Of a stretch of DNA of 57,324 nucleotides, positions 1-10,634 are shown piece after piece (positions within the stretch are counted from its first letter, which is position 1; every line of letters starts with the position of its first letter). The stretch lies in contig JAFQSA010000003.1 of the NCBI GenBank assembly GCA_017409765.1, positions 1 to 57,324 of the forward strand, read 5' to 3'. Under the pieces are notes generated by a model. It was not told where the DNA came from and ran no database searches. It saw only the letters and a program-made list of their open reading frames with translations. The translations under genes and the position numbers were made by a program. Source of the stretch: Clostridia bacterium (GTDB lineage: Bacteria; Bacillota; Clostridia; Christensenellales; CAG-314).

Positions 1-2
1 CA

Positions 3-1412
3 AACACATGTTTGGCGCTCCGCGAGCCATCCCTTGGCCCTGTTTTTGGTATCAAAGGTGGTGCAACGGGCGGAGGCTACTCCCAAATTTTGCCCATGGA
101 AGATATCAACCTGCACTTTACTGGCGACTTCCACGCAATCACATCTGCAAACAACCTTTTGTGCGCAATGATTGACAACAGCATCTTCCAAGGCAATCCA
201 CTAAACATCAACCCCGATCACGTGGTGTTCAACCGCACTTTGGACGTAAACGACCGTGCTCTGCGTGGTGTTACAGTTAACGATGGTGTAAAGGACACAA
301 TCCCCCACAAGGAAAAGTTCAACATCACCGCCGCTTGCGAAGTTATGGCAATTTTGACACTTGCCGAGGACCTCAAAGACCTCAAGTATCGCCTTGGTAA
401 CATTTTGGTTGCCTACACGTTTGATGGCAAGCCAGTTTTTGCACGCGATCTAAACGCGCAAGACGCCATGGCAATCCTTTTGAAAGATGCTTTGAAACCT
501 AACCTTGTTCAAACAATTGGTGGCACACCTGCATTTGTTCACTGCGGACCATTTGCTAACATTGCCCACGGTTGCAACAGCGTACTCGCAACAAAACTTG
601 CAATGAGCTACGCCGACTACACCGTTACCGAAGCGGGCTTTGGTGCCGACCTCGGTGCGGAAAAGTTCCTGGACGTAAAATGCCGTTTTGCAAACCTCAA
701 ACCCAATGCCGTTGTTATGGTTGCAACCATCCGCGCTTTGAAACTTCACGGTGGTGCTGACAAAAACAACTTGGCAGTGGAAGACCTTTCCGCTTTGGAA
801 AAGGGTATTTGCAACTTGATTCGTCACGTAAACAACATCAAAAACGTCTACAAACTTCCTTGTGTTGTTGCAATCAACAAGTTCACAAGCGATACCGATG
901 CGGAAATTGCCTACGTTAAGCAAGAAGTGGAAAAACTTGGTGTACAAGCAATTCCAAGTGACGTTTGGGGCCAAGGTGGTCAAGGCACAATCGACCTTGC
1001 CAACGCAGTTGTGGAACTTTGCAAAGAAGATAACTCCACGTTTACCTTTGCTTACCAAGATGACGAAGACGTAAAAACAAAGATTTACAACGTTGCAACA
1101 AAGATTTACGGTGCAAAGGACGTTGCCTTTTCCGAAAAGGCTCTGGAAAGTTTGCGCAATCTTGAGCAACTTGGCATTTCCAAGATGCCGGTTGTAATTG
1201 CAAAAACACAATACAGTTTTAGCGACAACATGAAACTTTTGGGCGCGCCAACTGGATTTACTTTGCAAATCAACGATATCGAGTATCGTGGCGGCGCGCA
1301 ATTCTTGGTGGCAATTGCTGGTAACATGTTGCTTATGCCAGGACTATCCAAAACACCAAACGCTGTAAACATGACTATTGATGACGAGGGTAAAATCGAT
1401 GGACTCTACTAA
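3..1412 (+). CDS. fhs: Formate--tetrahydrofolate ligase (5'-truncated by window edge)
   Basis: ALREPSLGPVFGIKGGATGGG, GPFANIAHG and TEAGFGADLGAEKF motifs; frame is open to the window start. Confidence 0.97.
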   Translation, partial: NTCLALREPSLGPVFGIKGGATGGGYSQILPMEDINLHFTGDFHAITSANNLLCAMIDNSIFQGNPLNINPDHVVFNRTLDVNDRALRGVTVNDGVKDTIPHKEKFNITAACEVMAILTLAEDLKDLKYRLGNILVAYTFDGKPVFARDLNAQDAMAILLKDALKPNLVQTIGGTPAFVHCGPFANIAHGCNSVLATKLAMSYADYTVTEAGFGADLGAEKFLDVKCRFANLKPNAVVMVATIRALKLHGGADKNNLAVEDLSALEKGICNLIRHVNNIKNVYKLPCVVAINKFTSDTDAEIAYVKQEVEKLGVQAIPSDVWGQGGQGTIDLANAVVELCKEDNSTFTFAYQDDEDVKTKIYNVATKIYGAKDVAFSEKALESLRNLEQLGISKMPVVIAKTQYSFSDNMKLLGAPTGFTLQINDIEYRGGAQFLVAIAGNMLLMPGLSKTPNAVNMTIDDEGKIDGLY

Positions 1413-1431
1413 TACACAAAAGAGAAGAATC

Positions 1432-2013
1432 ATGCACAGTTTGTACTTCAACTACGGCACAATGGGCAGTAGCAAGTCGGCACAAGCATTGATGGTAAAG
1501 TTCAACTACGAGCACAAAGGTATGAAAGTTATGCTTGTCAAGCCCGCTTTGGACAACCGTGGCGACGTGGATGGTCCCAAAGTGCGCTCTCGCATTGGTC
1601 TTGTTGCCGATTGCTTGACAATCACTCCTGAGCAAAGTTTTTTGGATTTGTTCGAAAGCTACAAAACAGAGCATGGTTGCGATTGCATCATCGTTGACGA
1701 AGCACAATTTTGCACAGCAGCGCACATCGACCAACTAAAGCAACTAACAAAGTTTGTGCCAGTTTTGTGCTACGGACTTTTGACCGACTTTACAAACAAA
1801 CTTTTCGAAGGTAGCAAGCGCCTTGTTGAACTTGCCGATTCCCTTAGGGAAATCAAATCCGTTTGTCGTTGCGGTCGTAAGGCCACGGTTAACGCTCGCT
1901 TTGTCAATGGCAAGTGCGTAGATGATGGTCCAGTTGTACTTATTGGCGGAGACGAAAGCTACGTCAACATGTGCTATTGGTGCTGGCAGGACGAACTCAA
2001 AAAGAACAAATAA
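1432..2013 (+). CDS. tdk: Thymidine kinase
   Basis: YGTMGSSKS P-loop, IIVDEAQF, Zn-site cysteines CRCG...CYWC; start moved to ATG 1432. Confidence 0.95.
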   Translation: MHSLYFNYGTMGSSKSAQALMVKFNYEHKGMKVMLVKPALDNRGDVDGPKVRSRIGLVADCLTITPEQSFLDLFESYKTEHGCDCIIVDEAQFCTAAHIDQLKQLTKFVPVLCYGLLTDFTNKLFEGSKRLVELADSLREIKSVCRCGRKATVNARFVNGKCVDDGPVVLIGGDESYVNMCYWCWQDELKKNK

Positions 2014-2017
2014 CTAG

Positions 2018-2045
2018 AGGGCAGAGAAATTTCTCTGCCTTTTTT
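2018..2045 (+). terminator. Intrinsic terminator after tdk
   Basis: GGCAGAGAA-AT-TTCTCTGCC stem followed by T run. Confidence 0.85.
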
Positions 2046-2144
2046 GATATCAAAATAGCCGTCAAGTTTGCTCTAAATTGTCCAAATTTTGCCAAAATTT
2101 CTCAAAATAAAAAAATATTGTTAAAAATTTTTTGTCAAAACTAC

Positions 2145-2173
2145 TTGTCTAATTGCAAAAGTGACATTATACT
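2145..2173 (+). promoter_or_regulatory. Sigma-A-type promoter for comM operon
   Basis: TTGTCT-N17-TATACT. Confidence 0.55.
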
Positions 2174-2209
2174 ATAGGGGCAAATGCTAAATTATACTGG
2201 AGAAATATT

Positions 2210-3736
2210 ATGTTAGCGCTGATAAAAAGTTACGGAGTCAAAGGAATAGAGGGTTTCCCTGTCATGGCAGAAGTGGACATGCACGCTGGTATGCCCACCT
2301 ACGACATTGTTGGTCTTGCCGATACTGCCGTAAAGGAATCCAAGGAGCGCGTCCGTTCCGCCATCAAAAACAGTGGCTACAACTATCCAGTTGCATCTTG
2401 CGTAATTAACCTTGCTCCAGCGGATGTCAAAAAGGAGGGCAGTCTGTACGACCTTCCCATTGCCATTGGCATGCTTGCAGCAAGCAAACAAATCCCTTAC
2501 GAAAATCTTAAAAAGGCCGTTATGATTGGCGAACTTTCTTTGAATGGCGAAGTGCGCAAAATCAACGGTATTTTGCCAATGATCATTTCCGCCCGCCAAC
2601 AAGGGGAAAATGTTTTTGTAATCCCCAAGGCAAACTCCGACGAAGCGGTGTTTATCGAAGGCGCACAAATCTACCCCGTAGCAACACTCCGCGAGGCAGT
2701 AGAGTTTTTGACAGGTCAAACGGAAATGCAACCCTTGGAAACTCGCAGTTGGCAAAAGGATTTGCAATTTAACCACAGCGACAACGACTTCAAGTATATC
2801 AAAGGCCAATTTGCAGCCAAGCGCGCAATGGAAATTGCCGTTGCAGGTGGTCACAACATCATCATGATTGGGCCACCAGGCGCAGGTAAAACTATGATTG
2901 CTCGTGCTGTGCCATCCATCATGCCCAACATGACCTTCGAGGAGGCATTGGAAGTTGCCAAAATCCACTCGGTATCCGGTCAGTTGGAAAATGGCTTTGT
3001 GTACGAGCGACCTTTCCGCACACCTCACCACTCGGCAACAATGGTTGCTTTGACCGGTGGTGGCAACAAGGCAAAGCCTGGCGAGATTTCCTTGGCGCAC
3101 AATGGCGTGCTTTTCTTGGACGAATTGCCTGAGTACAACCGTCAAACGCTGGAAACACTTCGTCAACCATTGGAAGACGGCCAAATCACAGTTGCTCGCA
3201 ACGCAATCAGTATTACATATCCAGCGGACTTTATGCTAATTGCCAGCATGAACCCTTGTCCATGTGGCAACTACGGTAGTGCCACAGCCGAGTGCAAATG
3301 CTCCGCTGCGCAAATCCACAAGTATTTGTCCAAGCTTTCCGGCCCACTTTTGGACAGAATAGATATCCACGTAGAAGTGGACAACGTTACCTACGACCAA
3401 CTTCAGGAAGATACCCTTGCCGAGTCCTCAGAAGCTATCCGCAAACGCGTTAACAAAGCACGCGAAATTCAATTGGAGCGCTTCAAGGCAAATGGTCGCA
3501 CTTGCAACGCGCAAATGACCTCTAGCGACATCAAAAAGTACTGCAAATTGGACCATCAAAGTGTCCAACTTGTGGAGGAATCATTCGCAAAACTCAACCT
3601 TTCCGCTCGTGCATACAACCGCATCTTGAAGGTTGCGCGTACCATTGCCGATTTGGAAGGCTCACAAAACATCACCGTTCGCCACATTGCGGAATCTTTG
3701 CAATACCGCACGTTGGACAGGAAGTATCGAGTGTAA
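2210..3736 (+). CDS. comM: YifB/ComM family Mg-chelatase-like AAA+ ATPase
   Basis: VGLADTAVKESKERV, GPPGAGKT, RPFRTPHHS, GEISLAHNGVLFLDELPE; upstream of dprA. Confidence 0.93.
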   Translation: MLALIKSYGVKGIEGFPVMAEVDMHAGMPTYDIVGLADTAVKESKERVRSAIKNSGYNYPVASCVINLAPADVKKEGSLYDLPIAIGMLAASKQIPYENLKKAVMIGELSLNGEVRKINGILPMIISARQQGENVFVIPKANSDEAVFIEGAQIYPVATLREAVEFLTGQTEMQPLETRSWQKDLQFNHSDNDFKYIKGQFAAKRAMEIAVAGGHNIIMIGPPGAGKTMIARAVPSIMPNMTFEEALEVAKIHSVSGQLENGFVYERPFRTPHHSATMVALTGGGNKAKPGEISLAHNGVLFLDELPEYNRQTLETLRQPLEDGQITVARNAISITYPADFMLIASMNPCPCGNYGSATAECKCSAAQIHKYLSKLSGPLLDRIDIHVEVDNVTYDQLQEDTLAESSEAIRKRVNKAREIQLERFKANGRTCNAQMTSSDIKKYCKLDHQSVQLVEESFAKLNLSARAYNRILKVARTIADLEGSQNITVRHIAESLQYRTLDRKYRV

Positions 3737-3739
3737 ACT

Positions 3740-4828
3740 ATGTATTCTATTGAAGAAAAATTTTGTATATTGCTTGGCGAAAGGTTAGTTTCAGCAAAGA
3801 AGTTCTATAATATACTTAACAACTTCGAAACTGTTACGGAAGTTATCGAAAACTTTGCTACCGACTCCGCCATTGCACAAATTCTTGGCGAGGACTACCA
3901 AAAACTTGTCAACGATTGGACACAGGGCGGTGCGGATGATATAATTGCCGACATGCAACGCAACAACGTTGTGGCGATAACTTGTTTTTCCGACGATTTT
4001 CCACAAAACCTTTCGTATATTGACGACAAGCCCTATGTACTCTTTTGTCAAGGGGACGTAAGCTTGCTCAACTCCGAGTGTATGGCAGTTATCGGCACGC
4101 GCAAAGCAAGTGTCTACGGCAGAAAAGTTGCCAAGGATTTTACCGCTGTGCTTTCGGAACAATTTACCATCGTTAGCGGACTTGCCTACGGTATTGATAG
4201 CATTGCCCACGAATCCGCATTGGAACACGATGGCAAAACTATTGCCGTGCTTGGTAGCGGTGTTTTGCACATCTACCCAACTTCCAACAAATCCCTTGCG
4301 GAAAAAATTGTAGCAAATGGTGGCCTTATCGTAAGTGAGTACGGTCTACGCGAGTATCCCGCGCCATACCATTTCCCACACCGCAATCGAATTGTATCGG
4401 GACTTAGTCACGGACTACTTGTGTGCCAAGCACCTTTGAAAAGTGGCACAAACTCCACAGTAGAACTTGCCTTGGAGCAGGGCAAAGATATCTTTGCTGT
4501 TCCTGGTGAAATCTACGACATGGGCTTTTCTGGTAATAACAAACTTATCAAAAGCATGCAGGGCGCATGTGTAACCAGCCCTCGAGATATCATCGACTAC
4601 TACCATCTTGATGCGCATCAAGTGGAAAAACAAACCTATCAATTTACCATCGAAGAGCAAACAATTGTCAACGTACTTGCGGAAAACGGCCAAATGACCT
4701 TTGACCAACTGTACCTTGCAACGCAAATACCCCTAGCGGAACTAAACTTTTTGTTGGCAAATTTGGAACTTAGAAGTATAATTGCAAAGTTACCCGGTAA
4801 TGTCTACCGGATGTATGGAGATATTTAA
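3740..4828 (+). CDS. dprA: DNA-processing protein DprA
   Basis: AVIGTR, IVSGLAYGID, FPHRNRIVSGLS; dprA-topA synteny. Confidence 0.95.
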   Translation: MYSIEEKFCILLGERLVSAKKFYNILNNFETVTEVIENFATDSAIAQILGEDYQKLVNDWTQGGADDIIADMQRNNVVAITCFSDDFPQNLSYIDDKPYVLFCQGDVSLLNSECMAVIGTRKASVYGRKVAKDFTAVLSEQFTIVSGLAYGIDSIAHESALEHDGKTIAVLGSGVLHIYPTSNKSLAEKIVANGGLIVSEYGLREYPAPYHFPHRNRIVSGLSHGLLVCQAPLKSGTNSTVELALEQGKDIFAVPGEIYDMGFSGNNKLIKSMQGACVTSPRDIIDYYHLDAHQVEKQTYQFTIEEQTIVNVLAENGQMTFDQLYLATQIPLAELNFLLANLELRSIIAKLPGNVYRMYGDI

Positions 4829-7041
4829 TGAAACTAGTTATTGTAGAGTCACCTGCCAAGGCGAAAACTATCGCAAAGTATTTGGGCAGTGACTACGTGG
4901 TACACGCTTCTCGTGGTCATATTTGGGATTTGCCTGTCAAGAGTATGGGTATCGATTTCAACAACAACTACGAACCAGAACTTGAAGCGCGCAAGCCGGA
5001 ACAAAGGGAAACAATCGAACGACTCAAAAAAGCAGTAAAGCAAGCGGAACAAGTGTTCCTCGCAACCGACCCGGACCGCGAGGGCGAGGCCATTTCCTAC
5101 CACCTTTTGTGTGCATTGGGATTGGATCCACAACAAAAAAACCGCATCATGTTCAACGAAATTTCCAAAAAGGCTGTCAACGATGCCATCCAACGCCCCG
5201 ACTACATCAACAAGGGTTTGGTAGATGCTCAACAAGCGCGTCGCGTTTTGGATAGACTTGTTGGTTACACTTTGTCCCCCGTTTTGTGCAAAAAAATTCG
5301 CAACAATCTTTCCGCAGGACGTGTTCAATCGGCGGCTCTTCGCATCATTGTTGACCGCGAAAAGGAAATTTTGAACTTCAAACCAGAGGAATATTGGAAT
5401 ATTTCCGCAATTCTTCAAAAGAAGGGTGTCAAGCCACAATTCAAGGTAAACTTGACGGAGCGCAAGGGCAAAAAGTTCAAAATTACCAACAAGGACAAGT
5501 GCGACGAGGCTTTGGCAGTACTAAATGCCAATCCATTTGTTGTATCCAAGGTAAAAAAGACGGTTGCCGTAAGCAAGCCACAACCACCATTTACCACAAG
5601 CACAATGCAACAAGATGCGGTAAACAAACTCAAAATGTCCAGCGAAACCACAATGAAGATTGCTCAACAACTTTACGAAGGTATCGACATTGGTGGCGAG
5701 CATTTGGCTCTTGTAACGTACATCCGTACCGACTCCGTTCGCGTGTCCATCGATGCGCAAAACCAAGCGCGAAACTACATTGCCAACAAGTATGGTCCAG
5801 AGTACGTACCCACAAAGCCCAACTTTTACGTTAGCAAAAAGCAAGCTCAAGATGCCCACGAAGCAATTCGTCCCATCAACCTGGATATGACTCCCGAGTA
5901 CATCAAGGACAAGGTTTCTCGCAATCAATATCTGCTTTACAAACTCATTTACGAACGCTTTTTGGCAAGTCAAGCAAGCCCTGCAACTTTCAACAGTACA
6001 GTTGTAACTGTCGAGTGTGGCGACTACGGACTGACTGCATCTGGCAAAACACCTTTGTTTGATGGTTACCTCGCTATCTATGCCGAAGCAAAGGGCAAAA
6101 CTGACGAGGAAAAGGAAGAAAACGTTACCCTTCCACCTTTGGAAGTAGGGGACAATTTGAACCTTGTCAAACTTTCCAGCGAGCAAAAGTTCACAAAACC
6201 ACCCACTCGCTATACCGAGGCAAGCATCATCAAAACTATGGAAGAAAAGGGCATTGGTCGTCCAAGTACTTACGCAACAATCATGCAAACGTTGTACAAG
6301 CGTGAGTACATCAAAAAGGATGGCAAGTACCTCGTTCCAGAAAACTTGGGCATTCAAGTTACCGAGTACCTCGAGCAATACTTTGGCGAAGTGGTGGACA
6401 TTGCCTTTACTGCGGAAATGGAGGACAGATTGGACTCCATCGAAGACAACAACGAACCTTGGTACAAGGTTGTGGACAGTTTTTACCAACCTTTGAACAA
6501 AAAGGTATCTGTTGCAATGCACGGCGAAAAAATCCACGTTCAAGACGAAGTTAGCGACGTTCTTTGCGACAAATGTGGCAAGCCAATGCTCATCAAAACT
6601 GGTAGATACGGCAAGTATCTTGCTTGTAGTGGCTATCCAAGTTGCTCCAACATTCGCAGTTTGAAGGAAAAAACTCCACCAAAGCAAACAAACGTCCTTT
6701 GTGATATTTGTGGCGCGCCAATGTTGGAACGCGAAGGTCGTTTTGGCAAGTATCTTGCTTGCTCCAACTATCCACATTGCAAAAACACAAAACCCATCAC
6801 CGAAGTGGTGGCAAAGTGTCCCAAGTGTGGTGGTAACGTTGTAAAACGCGCATCCAAGCGTGGCACAATTTTCTATGGTTGCACAAACTACCCAACCTGC
6901 GACTTTGTATCTTGGGATGTGCCAACGGGCAAACTTTGCCCAATTTGCCAAGCCCCATTGGTCTACAAGGAAAGCCGTGGCAAAAAAACTATTGTCTGCT
7001 CCACAAAGGGATGCAGCTACAAGGACGAAAGTAATCAATGA
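4828..7041 (+). CDS. topA: DNA topoisomerase I
   Basis: LVIVESPAKAKTI, DPDREGE, SAGRVQS, TYIRTDS, C-terminal Zn ribbons. Confidence 0.98.
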   Translation: MKLVIVESPAKAKTIAKYLGSDYVVHASRGHIWDLPVKSMGIDFNNNYEPELEARKPEQRETIERLKKAVKQAEQVFLATDPDREGEAISYHLLCALGLDPQQKNRIMFNEISKKAVNDAIQRPDYINKGLVDAQQARRVLDRLVGYTLSPVLCKKIRNNLSAGRVQSAALRIIVDREKEILNFKPEEYWNISAILQKKGVKPQFKVNLTERKGKKFKITNKDKCDEALAVLNANPFVVSKVKKTVAVSKPQPPFTTSTMQQDAVNKLKMSSETTMKIAQQLYEGIDIGGEHLALVTYIRTDSVRVSIDAQNQARNYIANKYGPEYVPTKPNFYVSKKQAQDAHEAIRPINLDMTPEYIKDKVSRNQYLLYKLIYERFLASQASPATFNSTVVTVECGDYGLTASGKTPLFDGYLAIYAEAKGKTDEEKEENVTLPPLEVGDNLNLVKLSSEQKFTKPPTRYTEASIIKTMEEKGIGRPSTYATIMQTLYKREYIKKDGKYLVPENLGIQVTEYLEQYFGEVVDIAFTAEMEDRLDSIEDNNEPWYKVVDSFYQPLNKKVSVAMHGEKIHVQDEVSDVLCDKCGKPMLIKTGRYGKYLACSGYPSCSNIRSLKEKTPPKQTNVLCDICGAPMLEREGRFGKYLACSNYPHCKNTKPITEVVAKCPKCGGNVVKRASKRGTIFYGCTNYPTCDFVSWDVPTGKLCPICQAPLVYKESRGKKTIVCSTKGCSYKDESNQ

Positions 7042-8339
7042 AAGTAAAAATTATAGGTGGTGGCTTTGCCGGTTGCGAAAGTGCCTACCACCTTTTGAAG
7101 CGTGGCGTGGAGGTCACTCTGGTGGAAATGAAACCCCACAAAAAATCTCCTGCCCACAAACTGGATACTCTTTGCGAAGTTGTTTGTTCCAACTCCTTCA
7201 AAAGTGACGACATTGGCACGTCAAGTGGCCTGTTGAAGGCGGAAATGCGCCTTTTGGATAGTATCGTCATCAAGATTGCCGAGCAAACAAAGGTGCCAGC
7301 AGGCAATGCGCTTGCCGTTGACCGCGACTTGTTTAGCCAACAAATGACGCAAACTTTGCAAAGTTTCCCCAATTTTACAATGCAAAACTACACCGAGGAC
7401 AGCCTTTCCACCGATGGCTACGACTTTGTTATCGTGGCTACTGGTCCACTTACTGACGAAAGTTTGATTCCTGCCTTTCAACAAATCTTTGGCGACGACT
7501 TTTTGTACTTTTTTGATGCTGTTGCGCCCATTGTCACAGCGGAAAGCATCAATTTCGACAGTGCATTTGTTGCAAGTAGGTACGGCAAAGGCGATGCCGA
7601 CTACATCAACTGTCCAATGAACAAGGAGGAGTATTTGGCATTTTACAACGCCCTTATCTCCGCGGAAACGGTGGAACTAAAGGATTTTGAAAACAACGTT
7701 TTCGAAGGTTGCATGCCTATCGAAGTTATGGCTAGCCGTGGTTCAGACACAATGCGTTTTGGCCCACTAAAGCCTGTTGGACTACGCGACCCACGCAAGC
7801 CGGAGGAAAGACCCTATGCAGTTTTGCAACTACGCAAGGAAAACCAAACAGGCACGTTGTACAACCTTGTTGGTTTCCAAACTCACCTCAAATGGGGCGA
7901 ACAAAAGCGTGTATTTAGCATGATTCCCGCATTGAAAGATGCCGAGTTTGTTCGCTACGGTGTTATGCACCGCAATACATATATCAACGCACCCAAGTTT
8001 TTGAATGGTTGCTTCCAACTTAAAAGCAATCCAAAGTTGTTTTTTGCCGGCCAACTTACCGGTGTGGAGGGCTACATGGAGTCCGCCGTTAGCGGTTTGG
8101 TGGCAGCGTTGCAAGGTTATCGCATTTTTAGCGGACTTGAGCCATTGGACTTTACCAATTACACAATGACAGGTGCGCTTTGCAACCACATTGCCGAGGA
8201 CTTTGGCGACTACAGCCCAATGAACTCCAACTTTGGCATTTTGGTTCCATTCGAGGAAAAAATTCGTGACAAATCAGCTCGAAAGTTAGCATACTCCGAG
8301 CGTGCAATACAAAAAATGAAACAAGTCTTAGGCTTGTAG
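7038..8339 (+). CDS. trmFO: tRNA (uracil-54)-methyltransferase TrmFO
   Basis: IIGGGFAGCE, EVVCSNS, FVRYGVMHRN, AGQLTGVEGY. Confidence 0.96.
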   Translation: MKVKIIGGGFAGCESAYHLLKRGVEVTLVEMKPHKKSPAHKLDTLCEVVCSNSFKSDDIGTSSGLLKAEMRLLDSIVIKIAEQTKVPAGNALAVDRDLFSQQMTQTLQSFPNFTMQNYTEDSLSTDGYDFVIVATGPLTDESLIPAFQQIFGDDFLYFFDAVAPIVTAESINFDSAFVASRYGKGDADYINCPMNKEEYLAFYNALISAETVELKDFENNVFEGCMPIEVMASRGSDTMRFGPLKPVGLRDPRKPEERPYAVLQLRKENQTGTLYNLVGFQTHLKWGEQKRVFSMIPALKDAEFVRYGVMHRNTYINAPKFLNGCFQLKSNPKLFFAGQLTGVEGYMESAVSGLVAALQGYRIFSGLEPLDFTNYTMTGALCNHIAEDFGDYSPMNSNFGILVPFEEKIRDKSARKLAYSERAIQKMKQVLGL

Positions 8340-8349
8340 GAGGTAAACC

Positions 8350-8901
8350 ATGGCAGAAGTATTTTCTGATACAATCAAAGGTACAACCATATGTGCAGTA
8401 AAGCGCAATGGCAAAATTGCCGTTGCAGGTGACGGCCAAGTTACTGCCGGCCAAAGCGTAATTATGAAAGGCAACGCCGTAAAGGTAAGACGCATCTACG
8501 ATGGCAAAATTATCACAGGTTTTGCTGGTAGTGTAGCGGACGCCTTCACTCTTTCGGAAAAGTTCGAAGAAATGCTCCAAAAGTTTAGCGGAAACCTTCT
8601 TCGCTCCGCTGTGGAAGTTGCTCAACTTTGGCGCAGAGATAACGTTATGCGCAAATTGGAAGCAATGATGATTGTTGCCGACAAAGAAAACGTATTTTTG
8701 CTTTCCGGCACAGGGGACGTTATCGAGCCAGACGATGGTGTTGTGGCAATCGGTAGTGGCGGAAACTACGCTCTTGCTGCGGCAAAGGCACTCTATCGCA
8801 ACACCGATTTGTCCGCTAGCGAAATTGCTCGCAAGGCATTGGAAGTTGCCAGCGAAATTTGCGTATTTACTAACGGTCATATCACCGTTGAGGAGGCATA
8901 G
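8350..8901 (+). CDS. hslV: ATP-dependent protease peptidase subunit HslV
   Basis: GTTICAV...[27 protein letters not shown]. Confidence 0.97.
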   Translation: MAEVFSDTIKGTTICAVKRNGKIAVAGDGQVTAGQSVIMKGNAVKVRRIYDGKIITGFAGSVADAFTLSEKFEEMLQKFSGNLLRSAVEVAQLWRRDNVMRKLEAMMIVADKENVFLLSGTGDVIEPDDGVVAIGSGGNYALAAAKALYRNTDLSASEIARKALEVASEICVFTNGHITVEEA

Positions 8902-8903
8902 TT

Positions 8904-10187
8904 ATGACACCAAAACAAATTGTTGCCGAATTGGACAAGTATATTGTTGGCCAATTCAATGCAAAAAAAGCAGTAGCAATTGCTTTGCGCAACAGATATC
9001 GCCGTAGCAAATTGTCCCTTGCCGACCGCGAGGAAATCACACCAAAAAACATCATCATGAAGGGTCCAACAGGTGTTGGTAAAACGGAAATTGCCCGCCG
9101 TCTTGCAAAATTGGTAAAAGCGCCATTTTTGAAGGTGGAAGCAACCAAGTACACCGAAGTGGGCTACGTTGGTCGCGACGTAGAACGCATGATTCATGAC
9201 CTTGTTGAAGTGGCAATTCGCCTTGTCAAGGACGAGCGCTACAAGGAAGTTGAGCATCGCGCCTTCCAAATTGCCGTAGAACGCGTTGCGGAACTGCTCA
9301 TCAAGCAAAGCAAGGACCTTCCCGAAGGTATCACAAAGGCTGCGCTTGTGGACGAAGTTTACCGTCACAACCTTGACCAAATGTTGGTGGAAATTGCCGT
9401 TCAAGACGTACCAAAGCCAGTGGATTTGCCTGCTGGCGGTGGCGAAATCAACCTTGGTAGCATCTTTGGCGACATCATGCCAAAGAAAATGAAAAAACGC
9501 ACAGTAACCGTTGAGGAAGCGTTGCGCATTTTCTCCGCGGAAGAAAGCGAAAAACTTATCGACTTGGACAGCGTGGAGAGCGAAGCATTGAAGCGTGCGG
9601 AAAACGACGGTGTAATCTTCATTGACGAAATGGACAAAATCGCCGGCAAATCTTCCCAACACGGCCCAGACGTTTCCCGCGAGGGTGTTCAACGCGACAT
9701 TTTGCCTATTGTGGAAGGTTGCACGGTAAGCACCAAGTACGGCAACATCAAAACAGACTACATTTTGTTTATTGCAAGTGGTGCATTCCACGTGAGCAAG
9801 GTTTCCGACCTTATCCCCGAACTTCAAGGTCGTTTCCCTGTGCTCGTAGAGTTGGATAGTTTGGGCGTTGACGAATTTGTAAAAATTCTTACCGAACCAC
9901 AAAATGCCATCACCGAGCAATACAAAAAGTTGTTGGCAGTAGACAACATCGACTTGCAATTTGCACCAGATGGTATCCAAGCTATTGCAAACGTTGCGTA
10001 TGAGCAAAACAACACGTTGGAAGATATCGGTGCGCGTAGACTTCACAGCATCATGGAGCACATTGTGGAAGAAATTTCCTACGATGTCGAGGAGGACAGC
10101 CCACAAAAAACAATTGTCATCGACAAGGCTTTTGTTGAGGCCAACTTCCGCACCGAGTCGCGCAATCTCAAAAAATATATTTTGTAG
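8904..10187 (+). CDS. hslU: ATP-dependent protease ATPase subunit HslU
   Basis: GPTGVGKTEIARRLA, GYVGRDVE, IPELQGRFP, IGARRLH. Confidence 0.97.
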   Translation: MTPKQIVAELDKYIVGQFNAKKAVAIALRNRYRRSKLSLADREEITPKNIIMKGPTGVGKTEIARRLAKLVKAPFLKVEATKYTEVGYVGRDVERMIHDLVEVAIRLVKDERYKEVEHRAFQIAVERVAELLIKQSKDLPEGITKAALVDEVYRHNLDQMLVEIAVQDVPKPVDLPAGGGEINLGSIFGDIMPKKMKKRTVTVEEALRIFSAEESEKLIDLDSVESEALKRAENDGVIFIDEMDKIAGKSSQHGPDVSREGVQRDILPIVEGCTVSTKYGNIKTDYILFIASGAFHVSKVSDLIPELQGRFPVLVELDSLGVDEFVKILTEPQNAITEQYKKLLAVDNIDLQFAPDGIQAIANVAYEQNNTLEDIGARRLHSIMEHIVEEISYDVEEDSPQKTIVIDKAFVEANFRTESRNLKKYIL

Positions 10188-10196
10188 GACACACTA

Positions 10197-10634
10197 ATGA
10201 AAGAATATGGAACAGTTGTAAAACTTAATGGCGAGTTTGCCCAAGTGCGCATTGGTCGCAATTCTGCTTGCGCATCTTGTGGCAAATGTGGCATGACGGA
10301 AAAACAAAAGTTCGTGGATTTTTATACCAAAAACACCCTTGATGCCAAGGTTGGCGACCAAGTTGAGTTGGAAATCCACGACACAAACACATCCAAGTTG
10401 GCATTTATCGGCTACATTTTGCCTTTGATTCCAGCACTGGTGTTGATGTTTGTTGCGCTTGCCTTTCTCAATGAGTTGTGGGCAACTTTGCTATTCTTTG
10501 TTGGTCTTGTTGGTGGATTTTTTTTGGTTGGTGCCATCGACAAAGCCAAAAAACGTAGGTGGATGTCCAGTCCTACAATGACAAAAATAATCAACCAAAA
10601 CAAAAATACTAATCAAACGGAGGAAAAACAATGA
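10197..10634 (+). CDS. RseC/MucC (SoxR-reducing system) family membrane protein
   Basis: SACASCGKC cysteine motif, N-x-L-x-A-K-V-G-D-x-V, Y-x-L-P-L, two C-terminal TM helices. Confidence 0.8.
   Translation: MKEYGTVVKLNGEFAQVRIGRNSACASCGKCGMTEKQKFVDFYTKNTLDAKVGDQVELEIHDTNTSKLAFIGYILPLIPALVLMFVALAFLNELWATLLFFVGLVGGFFLVGAIDKAKKRRWMSSPTMTKIINQNKNTNQTEEKQ

Noticed and set aside
450-10106. Long minus-strand ORFs (450..1301, 2213..3184, 5521..7038, 8877..10106)
   Set aside because: Antisense shadows of conserved + strand genes caused by codon bias; no motifs
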